Positions 30,739 through 39,951 of a stretch of DNA of 64,000 bases are shown piece after piece. Under the pieces are notes generated by a model. That model made no database searches. It worked only from the letters and a program-made list of their open reading frames with translations, and was not told the DNA's origin. Positions within the stretch are counted from its first letter, which is position 1. Each line of letters starts with the position of its first letter. Origin of the DNA: Nitrosopumilaceae archaeon (GTDB taxonomy: Archaea > Thermoproteota > Nitrososphaeria > Nitrososphaerales > Nitrosopumilaceae); NCBI GenBank assembly GCA_965200155.1, contig CBDATR010000024.1, forward strand, positions 288,001 through 352,000, written 5' to 3'. Made by a program: the position numbers and the translations under genes.

Positions 30739-31155
30739 TTAATGCAGATCCATCATGTCTGTCAGCGCAGACTGGAGCGGCTGTCCGTGTGTTTGAATAC
30801 CTATCTTTATGCGCACCGCGTCGCCCTCCTGCAGCACCGCTGAACCTGATACCAACTCCTGCTTGCCCAGTCGTATGTATGTAGTGGAGCCGTCTGTTCT
30901 TTCATGTAACGTGTCCATTAATATCTGGCACTGCTCTCCTGATAGGGCCCTTCCCAGTCTGTTCAGGAACGTCTTGGCAAGTTTGCCCCGCATGGATGTC
31001 CCAATGACAACTATCCTGTTACGGTAATGCCCCTCGAGCTCCTTGCTCTCCCACATATCCTTGTCCATGCCCAGTACGTCATTCATGGCCTGAATGATCT
31101 TTGCATGATCCTCGGTGGCATGCATAATGGTATCCACCCGAACGTTTACAATCAC
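30739..31155 (-). CDS. Archaeal RNA-binding protein (UPF0201/DUF54-like)
   Basis: HATED, GHYRNRI, YIRLGKQ. Confidence 0.8.
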   Translation of the reverse strand: MIVNVRVDTIMHATEDHAKIIQAMNDVLGMDKDMWESKELEGHYRNRIVVIGTSMRGKLAKTFLNRLGRALSGEQCQILMDTLHERTDGSTTYIRLGKQELVSGSAVLQEGDAVRIKIGIQTHGQPLQSALTDMMDLH

Positions 31156-31158
31156 GTA

Positions 31159-31770
31159 CTATGCCTCTAGCATCGCTATACGCTTCTCTGCGGTGCGCAC
31201 CAGCTTTACCTTCTCAAGACCTACGTGTCTTAGTCTGCTGAGTTTTTTACCCTCTGACAGTATGCTGGCGTGTATGTCACCATAGCAGGTTTTCTGCACA
31301 AACTGGTGTATGTCCAGCTCCGGTACGTCTCTTCTTATAATATTGCGTGCCGCCAATCGCAGTGCATGTTTTTTGGAACTGTTGAGCTGTTGATGGGTCA
31401 GCGCTATCACGTTTATGCGAAAGACGTATCCGTCCTTGGTCTCCGCGTCCATGATGAAGTTTACCTTTGAGGAACCCCGTCGTACCAGACTCTTGAGATA
31501 CTCCTTGGAGTACTCGTATCTCTTGAATATGGTGTATGCAGTGTCTCCTTCTATACGCTCTATCTGGAAATAGAGCTTTATGTTATATTGTGATGTATCT
31601 CCCTTGAGAATGTCGTGCAAAGTGGTTTCCACTACGCGTCCTTTGGCTACCTCATCATTGGTTATGGGTATGTGTGCCAAACGTATGAACTTCATTGATT
31701 CCGGAGCTACCACGTTGACCCAGCGCTTGTCTCTCCACTTGTCCCGCGTGCGTACCTTTCTACGTGCCAA
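31159..31770 (-). CDS. rps3ae: Ribosomal protein S3Ae (eS1)
   Basis: RDKWRDKRW, GRVVETTL, SLVRRGSSK. Confidence 0.95.
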   Translation of the reverse strand: MARRKVRTRDKWRDKRWVNVVAPESMKFIRLAHIPITNDEVAKGRVVETTLHDILKGDTSQYNIKLYFQIERIEGDTAYTIFKRYEYSKEYLKSLVRRGSSKVNFIMDAETKDGYVFRINVIALTHQQLNSSKKHALRLAARNIIRRDVPELDIHQFVQKTCYGDIHASILSEGKKLSRLRHVGLEKVKLVRTAEKRIAMLEA

Positions 31771-31945
31771 TTACACATGGCAGTTAAGCCCAAAATATAA
31801 GGGTAAGCAGTTATCTGTGAGAACCATTTAGTGTATAGATTTGCATCATTGACGCGCTTCCATCATACGCATTATCGTGACGTGAACACTCGTTTGTATC
31901 TGCGCTTGTGGGTCGCGCCAGTTGGTTCCAATTAAGAGGGAGAAA

Positions 31946-33199
31946 CTAGATTGTACTACAACCGGTATATTTTTGAAGCCTGTCGGGAATTGTGATGTGA
32001 CCGTCTGTGTCCTGATAATTCTCTATTATGGCGACCATGGTGCGGGTGGTGGCCACCAGTGTACTGTTGAGTGTATGCAAGTACTTGGGCTTGTCGTTAG
32101 TATGGTCTCTATACCTTATCATGAGTCTGCGCGCCTGATACTCCGTACAATTGGAACAGGATACTGCCTCGCGATACGCCGACTGGCCTGCCATCCATAC
32201 CTCTATGTCGTAGGTTTTGGCTGACACTTTGCCCATGTCGCCGGTTGATAGTAGCATAGTCCGGTAAGATAGCCCTAATCCTTCGTAGAATGACTGAGAT
32301 ATCTCCAACATTCTCTGGTGCTCCAGCCATGAATCCTGAGGCCGTGCATATACAAACTGCTCCACTTTGTCAAACTGGTGTACCCGGAATATTCCTTTTT
32401 GGTCCCGCCCGTGAGCTCCTGCCTCCTTCCTAAAGCACGGACTCACGCCTGCATATCTTATGGGGAGGCTGTCGCCCTCAATTATCTCGTCCGCATGCAT
32501 GGCAGCCATGGCGTGCTCCGAGGTTCCTATCATGTATAGGTCCTCATCCTGTATCTTGTATATTACATCCTCAAAATCCTCCGCTATTACAGCTCCCTCC
32601 ATGGCTTGGCGGTTTATCATGTATGGTGGTTGTACTAGTGTGTATCCGGCCGCGGCCAAGTGGTCCAGGGCATAGCGTATGAGTGACTGGTTTAGTATGA
32701 CCAGGCCATCCTTGATGTAGTAGAATCGTGATCCAGACACCTTGGCCGCCCTCTCCATGTCCAGCAAGCCCGCCTGCTCCACCACATCCACATGACTCTT
32801 GGATGGGGGCGTTATCCGGCCCCAGCATCTTACCTGAGTGTTGGCCGTATCATCGGGACCGACGGGTACCGAGTCGTGTACCATGTTTGGGATGGCGCGG
32901 ATCATTCTGTGATATGTCTCCTCATTGGCCTTCTGGTCCGCTTCCTGCTCGTCTAGCTCACGTGAGATATCTCCCATCTCAGATATTGCATTTGACGCAT
33001 CACCGCCGGTTTTTTTCAGGGTGGCTATAGTTCTACCATACTGGTTACGTTTCTGGCGTAACACGTCAATTTTGGATATGTGAGTCCTGCGCATCTCTTC
33101 ATACTTTGCCAACTTGTCTAAATCATAATCAGTACCGCGATTTTGTAGCATGACTCTTACAGACTGGAGATTATCTCGTATGATGTGGGGGTCTATCAT
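31946..33199 (-). CDS. serS: Serine-tRNA ligase
   Basis: GTSEH, CFRKEAGAHG, FRVHQF, HTLNST. Confidence 0.97.
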   Translation of the reverse strand: MIDPHIIRDNLQSVRVMLQNRGTDYDLDKLAKYEEMRRTHISKIDVLRQKRNQYGRTIATLKKTGGDASNAISEMGDISRELDEQEADQKANEETYHRMIRAIPNMVHDSVPVGPDDTANTQVRCWGRITPPSKSHVDVVEQAGLLDMERAAKVSGSRFYYIKDGLVILNQSLIRYALDHLAAAGYTLVQPPYMINRQAMEGAVIAEDFEDVIYKIQDEDLYMIGTSEHAMAAMHADEIIEGDSLPIRYAGVSPCFRKEAGAHGRDQKGIFRVHQFDKVEQFVYARPQDSWLEHQRMLEISQSFYEGLGLSYRTMLLSTGDMGKVSAKTYDIEVWMAGQSAYREAVSCSNCTEYQARRLMIRYRDHTNDKPKYLHTLNSTLVATTRTMVAIIENYQDTDGHITIPDRLQKYTGCSTI

Positions 33200-33432
33200 T
33201 GCTGGACTACCTCCAGCATTACTTGAGCGTGTGATAATATTTCATCTACAGTACCTATGACCTGAGATATCTCCCCGGATATGGATACTGTGCCTATGTC
33301 GCCACTTGTGTGGGTGGTGATCTCCATTCCTGGCGGTATGTCTACATTATCCGGTTCCAGAGACTTTTGTATTGCATCAAGCCTCTTGTGGTCTATCTCT
33401 AGACTAATCTGAACTTTACACGCTATTGACAT
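33196..33432 (-). CDS. pcc1: KEOPS subunit Pcc1-like protein
   Basis: 78 aa, SLEPDN motif, conserved rps15-DHH-pcc1-serS-rps3ae context. Confidence 0.75.
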   Translation of the reverse strand: MSIACKVQISLEIDHKRLDAIQKSLEPDNVDIPPGMEITTHTSGDIGTVSISGEISQVIGTVDEILSHAQVMLEVVQQ

Positions 33433-34810
33433 CCGCTTCCAAAAAGTCCAGAAATTCGTCTAATTTGTCTTTGCCTATGCGGGCACCGGCTGCCATGTCG
33501 TGGCCGCCACTGACGCCCCCGAGCCTCTCGGTCCCCTTGCCCATCAGCGCACTGAGACTGGTCGGTTCGTTACAATCCCGGGCTTTGCGGGCAGAGAATT
33601 TTACAGTATTCATGTCTCCGTGAGTGTATAGTATGATAACCTTGCCTGTATGTTTGGGCGAGCTAGCTATCATGGATGCTATGGTGCCTGTCATGGTCTC
33701 CGGCAATATATCCTCGGCATTTACTATGACTGCGTTCCCCCTGGTGACAGTGCGCCATCTATCATTGGATATTATGCTCATGTACTTTCGTATGTTGCCT
33801 CTATACTTCTTTAGTATGCTCTCTGCATCCACTAATGCTTGTCCCCTGTCTCCCATGCATATGGCCATTCCGATGCTGGCTCTTCCTATACGGCCGCACG
33901 AGTTTAGCATGGTGCCAAATTCGCGGCAGTCTCGAAGGAAACTGCCTTCTTCCTCCCCTGTTATGGTGTATGTGTGCCCTATCATCTCGGCCACTGCATC
34001 ACTTACGCCCTGGCCTGGTGCATACTTGGCTATGGCCTCTATAATGGAAGTCTTCTCGTCCTGGGATAATTCCGCAGGCACGCGCCACCGACCCTTCTCT
34101 TTTAGACTTATTCCAGCCTGAGCCAGCAGGGTTGCGCAGCTTCCTCGTTCCCAGGTTATGCCCTTTATGTAAGGCTGTGATGTGTATGCTAGGGCATCCG
34201 CTATCGGTCTTGTCTCTCTTCCATAGAGCAATAAATCAAGTTCTACGGAGAGTAGGTCCAGATCTTTGGCGGCATTGACTATCTCCTTATTTTTACCGGT
34301 TAGGGCTCTACCATCTCCCTGGTCTTGCCTATCGCCTAACGCGGCTACTACTGCTATGGGTGCAAGATCCTCGTTCTGTCTGTCCAGTGCGGTAGCGGCA
34401 AGGTACGTCATGCCACCCGCGGATATTGCTGTACCTCCGTCTATTCCATACTTCCATGCATTTATTACGCGTTCATTGTCTTTCTCTGATTCTGATATGT
34501 GGTGGTGGTCCAAAACAAGCCATCTATCATCCAGATTACGATCTAGGTCTTCTGCAAATCCTGAACCAAGGTCTGTCACTATGTTGAATGTGTGTTTGTC
34601 TTTACCCAAATCCTCTGCCACTTTGGTGCTGAACTCCGCGGATGATCTCAGCGTGCATACACATCCCGCTCTGATCAGGGCCTTAGCGATAATGGCCCCC
34701 GATGCCAAACCATCACAGTCCATATGCGTGATTACTAATACGGGCTTATTGCCCTTGATACACTCGGTTATGTTATCAACAAATAATGATAGCGAATTTT
34801 CTAGGTTCAT
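33416..34810 (-). CDS. DHH-family phosphoesterase (RecJ/Cdc45/GAN-like)
   Basis: HMDCDG, DLGSG, LDHH, GGHDMAAG. Confidence 0.92.
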   Translation of the reverse strand: MNLENSLSLFVDNITECIKGNKPVLVITHMDCDGLASGAIIAKALIRAGCVCTLRSSAEFSTKVAEDLGKDKHTFNIVTDLGSGFAEDLDRNLDDRWLVLDHHHISESEKDNERVINAWKYGIDGGTAISAGGMTYLAATALDRQNEDLAPIAVVAALGDRQDQGDGRALTGKNKEIVNAAKDLDLLSVELDLLLYGRETRPIADALAYTSQPYIKGITWERGSCATLLAQAGISLKEKGRWRVPAELSQDEKTSIIEAIAKYAPGQGVSDAVAEMIGHTYTITGEEEGSFLRDCREFGTMLNSCGRIGRASIGMAICMGDRGQALVDAESILKKYRGNIRKYMSIISNDRWRTVTRGNAVIVNAEDILPETMTGTIASMIASSPKHTGKVIILYTHGDMNTVKFSARKARDCNEPTSLSALMGKGTERLGGVSGGHDMAAGARIGKDKLDEFLDFLEADVNSV

Positions 34811-35256
34811 TCCAGCTGTGCAACAACAGATTTGTACTTCCAGTTCTGAGGTATGCGACCTGTTCTTTTATAGTACACAGACAGACGGTGTACCTTGGCC
34901 TCTATCAGCTCCAAGGATCTAACGTTGCGTCTATCGCCCCTGTTGTCCTTTAGGTGCCTTTGGAGACCTACGGCCTTTCTGACAATATTATTCAGATCTT
35001 CTGGCATATCTGGACGCATATCGTTCTGATCCAATATGTCACCTACAGTCTTACCTGTTATGGGCTTGACTAGGGGTATGGCGTGCTGATCACGAAGTTT
35101 TATCCCTATCTGGCTAGGTGTGAGACCCTCTTTTGCATACCTGATTACTAGCTCTTCTACCTGTTTTGGGGTGTGGGCTAGCCATTGCGGTATTATTACC
35201 TCCACGGGTCGGCTGGAGTGTGACTTGCCGTGCCTGTGTGTATGCATCCTTCCCAT
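34807..35256 (-). CDS. rps15: Ribosomal protein S15 (uS15)
   Basis: MGRMHTHRHGKSHS, PSQIGIKLRD. Confidence 0.97.
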   Translation of the reverse strand: MGRMHTHRHGKSHSSRPVEVIIPQWLAHTPKQVEELVIRYAKEGLTPSQIGIKLRDQHAIPLVKPITGKTVGDILDQNDMRPDMPEDLNNIVRKAVGLQRHLKDNRGDRRNVRSLELIEAKVHRLSVYYKRTGRIPQNWKYKSVVAQLE

Positions 35257-35520
35257 AATGTAAAGAATTGATACTGTAAAATTAAACGTTTGTGCCTGTG
35301 TGCGGGTATCTGTTTTTGTCCAAACAACGCTTTCTTCAGTGGTATCTGTCGCCAGCCCGCTCCTGGCAATGACTGATGTCATGTAAATGATGGGCGACAT
35401 AACATGCGTTGCCGTTGTGGGTACTCTTCTGGATGTGACTGGCCATTGCCCACATACTGGCGGGAAATTAATGCATGTACGCAGCTAACCGAGCATGCTT
35501 ATAAAATTAAAGAAAAGGGA

Positions 35521-36171
35521 TTAATCCCACTTGGACCAAGCTGCCATCCATCTGTACGTCCATGTATTCAGTTTACAGCCCAGCGCAGCCATGGTTACAG
35601 ATAATACTGCACCAGCTCCTGCACCAAGCGCTACCGGACTATTGTAGAACTTTCCTACCTGCGGTTCAATGGGCGTCATATATGGAGGTAATGTAGGTCT
35701 CGGATACTTGAATGCTGTTTCAAGCGGGTCCGCCACTGTAATCAAGTTCACCATGTTGAACAAAGGCAGGGACATTCCTACCAAAACACCGCCGAATAGT
35801 ATCAAGCTATGTTTGTTCTTTTTGGTGGCCCAGTATACCAAGTCGAGTAACATACCCGACGGTAGCCAGACTGGCGTCACTATGAAGTCGTATGGATACC
35901 CCAGTGCAAACCATGCACCTTTTGCTACCCACGTATAGACTGTCAGGATGAGACAATAATACGTAGCAGTTCCCGGTACCCCAGTAAACGTCAAGTAATA
36001 CGTTGCACCTACTACAAGCATTAGTGTTTGAGATATTGAGAAGATTACGTAAGATGTCCATGCCCAATCTGTGTAGAAGATATAGTCACCAGCATTGATT
36101 GTCAAAAGTGTAGAGTTTACAGCAACAACCACTATGAACAAGTAATGGGTACATCGTCTAAGCCATACCAT
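35521..36171 (-). CDS. amoA: Archaeal ammonia monooxygenase subunit A
   Basis: MVWLRRCTHYLFIVVVAVNSTLLTINAGDYIFYTDWAW…WMAAWSKWD, 216 aa. Confidence 0.99.
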   Translation of the reverse strand: MVWLRRCTHYLFIVVVAVNSTLLTINAGDYIFYTDWAWTSYVIFSISQTLMLVVGATYYLTFTGVPGTATYYCLILTVYTWVAKGAWFALGYPYDFIVTPVWLPSGMLLDLVYWATKKNKHSLILFGGVLVGMSLPLFNMVNLITVADPLETAFKYPRPTLPPYMTPIEPQVGKFYNSPVALGAGAGAVLSVTMAALGCKLNTWTYRWMAAWSKWD

Positions 36172-36303
36172 TGTTCTAAATTGCAATTCAACATATATAA
36201 AAATTTTTTATCGGTGTTGGTACCAGATCGCATATTGCCTGACTCCGTACACTATCTTATGGCATTAAACAAATGTCTTTTCATGGCGCCTTGCAAGTGA
36301 GAC

Positions 36304-36395
36304 GTATGAGTTCACCTATGTCTAAATTTACACATAACTGATCGCGACAGTTAATGTGATTTGTGCATAAGATTCCGGAAGACGTGAACTCATAC
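36304..36395. mobile_element. MITE1 upstream of amoA
   Basis: 92 bp; TSD AGTGAGAC/AGTGATAC with one mismatch. Confidence 0.95.
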
Positions 36396-36556
36396 AGTGA
36401 TACAGTATCCACGCGGACATCAAAGCCGCGTAGTGACCGATTCTCTGTATGGTACAGCTGATCTAACAGAACGCGTAGTGACAAGTCATCCTTACAGGAC
36501 CCGGTATGGAGGGACCATGAAATACCATATCAAGACTTGTGGCTACCCTCATCTAA

Positions 36557-37490
36557 TGTAATGTATGAAAAGTCGGTCCGCTAGTCATTGGTATCTCGCT
36601 CCATCCATTTTGTATCATTTGCTCTAATTGTCTGGGTCGCCTTTTTATTCCTGGAGTGGTGTTTCACCGTTATCTATATCCAGTGAGAAGTGCAATCTTC
36701 TCTCATTGTAGTAGTCGATATAATCCCGGAGACTGTCATAATGCCATATCACATCCTCAATCATTCCATGGAAGCGCTCCAGTTTGCCATTTGTCTGCGG
36801 GTGGTATGGCCTGGAATTGATTAGTATGATGTCTTGATCCAGCAGTTCTTCCTAGAATAGCGTGTGTTTCCAGTTCTTTTTGCCCTTTTATTGTCCTGCG
36901 AGACACGCGCCGTTATCCAAGATGCAGGGGCGCCGAATCGTTTCATTGCCAGTCTCAGTAATAGAACGGTGTTCTCTGAGGTTGCATGCTAGAATAGTGC
37001 CGCTCCGACGATGCACCTAGATGCATCATCTATGAGATTCAGTCCCCTGAAGCGCTCATCTTTCATTACATGCCAGTGCCACATTGCATTGGAATATTTA
37101 CGCTCATAGCGTACCCACTCTGACTTTGCAGGTGATGATCCTGCCGTACCGTTCTTTTTCATTATGCGATATACTGCGCGATATATTGTAATTCTGTCTA
37201 AGCCTCTTTGCAATACGTACTACTCCGGCGGGATCCTTGCCGTATGTTTCAGTTACCATTCGTATCTGGGTGGCGGTGATTGGTATCATGGGCCTGCCCA
37301 TCTTTACTCGAGTCGTTCCCGTCCTCTGGTTCACAATCTTTGTACGTGTCTTGTCTCAGGTCTTGAGCTATTTTGGTGACAGCAACACCTCTTTTGTCTT
37401 GATTCCTCTGTTATTCTCTTTACCATATGGCTTGTGCAATCTGAACTACTGTACGCCGGATCTAAGCGGACTTACTTTTCGTACTATTGA
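36557..37490 (-). mobile_element. IS481-family-like relic copy 2 with 15-bp TSD
   Basis: TGTAATGTATGAAAAGT end; GCTACCCTCATCTAA at 36542-36556 and 37491-37505. Confidence 0.9.
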
Positions 37491-37539
37491 GCTACCCTCA
37501 TCTAACACAAGCTATATTCTAGTGCATATTTGCTATTGT

Positions 37540-38391
37540 ATGATTATGTGCAGTAGTAGGCCGCGAATATCACCCATAGTCAAATGGGCCGGTGGCAAGG
37601 CAAGACTGGCAGATACGTTGCTTGGAATGCTGCCAGACCGTTTTGATACATATCATGAACCGTTCGTAGGCGGCGGCTCTATGCTGTTTAGGCTTATTCA
37701 GAAACAAACTAGCCTATTGTGTTACGCTTCTGACATGAATCAAGAATTGATCATAACCTACGAATGCGTCAGAGATGATCTGGAACAATTACTGGAACTA
37801 TTGCAGGCCCATAAACGCGCATTCATGGACAATCGGGAAGAGTACTATTATGATGTCCGTGCCCAGAATCCCTCCAATCGTGTGGAGATAGCTGCTAGAC
37901 TCCTATTTCTGAACAAAACCTGCTTTAATGGACTGTATAGGGTGAATGGTAGGGGTCAGTTTAACGTACCAATGGGCAGTTACCAGAATCCGGATATAGT
38001 GCGCGAGAAGAATCTTCGCAAGATGAGCCATTTTCTGAATAGTTGCAACTGCTCCTTTCAGGCTGCGGATTTTGAGACTGCGTTGGATTATGTAGAACCT
38101 GGCAGCTTTGTATATCTTGATCCACCATACCAGCCCATATCCAAGAACAGCTTTACTACGTACACTTACCCAGATTTTCCTTACGATGATCTGTGTAGAC
38201 TTGCTCGCGTATGCTGGAACTTGGATGCCAGTGGTTGCTATGTGATGCTCTCAAACTCTTGCTCGGAGAAAGTAAAACAACTATTCTCCGAAAATCCTTG
38301 GCATACTACATCATTGAAGGTTCATCGTATGATAAATTCTGATGGTTCCAACCGCACTGGGCACTGTGATTTGCTAATACGAAATTATTAG
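37540..38391 (+). CDS. Orphan Dam-family (D12 class) DNA adenine methyltransferase
   Basis: KWAGGK, EPFVGGGS, FNGLYRVN, YLDPPY; no adjacent endonuclease. Confidence 0.93.
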   Translation: MIMCSSRPRISPIVKWAGGKARLADTLLGMLPDRFDTYHEPFVGGGSMLFRLIQKQTSLLCYASDMNQELIITYECVRDDLEQLLELLQAHKRAFMDNREEYYYDVRAQNPSNRVEIAARLLFLNKTCFNGLYRVNGRGQFNVPMGSYQNPDIVREKNLRKMSHFLNSCNCSFQAADFETALDYVEPGSFVYLDPPYQPISKNSFTTYTYPDFPYDDLCRLARVCWNLDASGCYVMLSNSCSEKVKQLFSENPWHTTSLKVHRMINSDGSNRTGHCDLLIRNY

Positions 38392-38589
38392 GAATGCTTG
38401 TGTCTTTGCATAAAGCGCCTAGCTGCCATGTTGTGGAAGTATTACTCGCTCACTGGTCTGCAACCATGAAGCATTGTGTACAGAGACAAACTCATACACT
38501 GCGCAACCAGTGTTGACCAAATGAGCGTGTCACCTCTGTGAATCCATTTTTCAGTTCCAATTATATATCACAGACGATAAATCAGCAAT

Positions 38590-38688
38590 GCAGGGATATC
38601 GAAGCTCGGTCAACCGAGAAGGACTCAAGATCAATCATAAGAGATCCTTTCCCTCAGGGGTTCGTGGGTTCGAATCCCACTCCCTGCA
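38590..38688 (+). tRNA. tRNA-Leu(CAA) with a short canonical intron
   Basis: GCAGGGA/TCCCTGC stem; aagga-ctCAAg, ~14-nt insert, atcctt; GGTTCGAATCC. Confidence 0.92.
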
Positions 38689-38706
38689 TTTGTATAGTAC
38701 AAGAGA

Positions 38707-38815
38707 GGTGTATAACAGTCACGCAACGGCGGTGTTCTTTACTGGCCACCAAGTCACTGGATGCCATAAGGGAGATGCGGTGTATAACAGTCACGCAACG
38801 GCGGTGTTCTTTACT
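38707..38815. repeat. 37-bp direct repeat, 35-bp unique insert, 37-bp direct repeat (CRISPR-like single-spacer unit)
   Basis: GGTGTATAACAGTCACGCAACGGCGGTGTTCTTTACT is identical at 38707-38743 and 38779-38815. Confidence 0.95.
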
Positions 38816-38970
38816 CTGGTTACCGGATGATTTGTAATGCTGTCGTGCATTTGGGCGGTTTCTTTGTCATTAAAGTACAGACTACACCTGAAGCATACCC
38901 ATCTGTTGGCCATACTATATGTATGCTGTAATCATTATTAAGACTGGTGTATGATTAGTCGTCGCACTAT

Positions 38971-39297
38971 CTATCTTATCCTGCTACCCATCGGTACTTC
39001 CGAGGACACATCCAGCCAAAAGGGCTTCTCGTCGGCGTCTGCAGCTAGCAACATTGCCTGCGATTCTATCCCCGCAACTTTGCGATGCTCTAGGTTTGCA
39101 AGCACAATCACGGTGCGTCCTGTCATCTCTTCTGGAGTGTAATACTGGGCCCCACCTATTACAACGGTGCGGGTCTCACCGCCCAGGTCTATCACACCCT
39201 GCATTATACGCGTCCGCCCCGGTATATTCTGCGCAGAGACTACTTTGGCTACTCGAATGTCCAATTTAGTAAAATCCTCGTATGAAATTTCTTCCAC
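38971..39297 (-). CDS. tRNA-binding protein (Trbp111/CsaA OB fold)
   Basis: FTKLDIRVAKV, NLEHRKVAGIESQAM. Confidence 0.92.
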   Translation of the reverse strand: MEEISYEDFTKLDIRVAKVVSAQNIPGRTRIMQGVIDLGGETRTVVIGGAQYYTPEEMTGRTVIVLANLEHRKVAGIESQAMLLAADADEKPFWLDVSSEVPMGSRIR

Positions 39298-39696
39298 AAT
39301 GCCAACCGTATAGTGCTTGTATTATATTTTTAGTGCCGCGATGGAAGAATGGTACCGGCCATTGGAACTGGAGTTACGGTTCCGGATTTTAGGCAGGATA
39401 CCCACCACGGCATATTTGTATGAACATACATGCAATATATACTAGTGTGGGATTTGTTGGCAAACAGTTTTCACTTGTACCGGAGCTTAATCCTCATTTT
39501 ATATGGACATTCGTGTCATGTGTGCGCCGTGTTTGGCAGCACGAGCTGACGCTTTGACTGGATTCATGTTCCCACTTGCCTTATCTTACTACGATCCTGT
39601 TGAATGGCCCATTCTTGTTACGGGCATACTGTAGCGTGTTACAGAGGGCGTGACTGCCATCTATGATTAAAAACGCATAAACGGCCAAACTACAAT

Positions 39697-39898
39697 GTAA
39701 CCGATAGGTCGCCCAAGTAATTTTCCCTAATACTGACAAGGTAGAGACTAATCCTGTTATTTTACTACACAGCATTTGTATAAAAGGCAGTCAACATACG
39801 TTAGTGGCAGTGAGGCTTATTCCCTACCAGTTTGTTTGCACTTACCGGATTTTATGTCATGAAAACACGCCTCAATTTGGAGCGACCTAATCAGTCAC
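39697..39898. mobile_element. MITE family 2 (~200 bp, TIR about GTAACCGTTTAGGTCGC)
   Basis: Collinear with 54524-54823 and 43375-43656; no TSD visible. Confidence 0.75.
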
Positions 39899-39951
39899 AA
39901 CTATGATCGGGTTTTGATTTATATTTATGATTACGTCTCAAGCCGCCATAT

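Noticed and set aside
30682-30782. 15-bp repeat CAGACTGGAGCGGCT, 86 bp apart
   Set aside because: Too short, does not extend, and does not fit the 37-bp geometry.
37237-37539. Long N-terminal extension of the Dam ORF
   Set aside because: It is antisense read-through of the IS481-like relic; the real start is about 37540-37546.
38707-38815. Calling this unit or 14846-14955 a canonical CRISPR array
   Set aside because: Each has only two repeats, the repeats differ between loci, no cas genes or leader are visible, and one repeat is demonstrably transposase DNA. Reported as repeats and findings instead.
39335-39412. tRNA-like look (GCCGCGA…CCACGGCA)
   Set aside because: The acceptor stem has two mismatches and there is no TTC T-loop.
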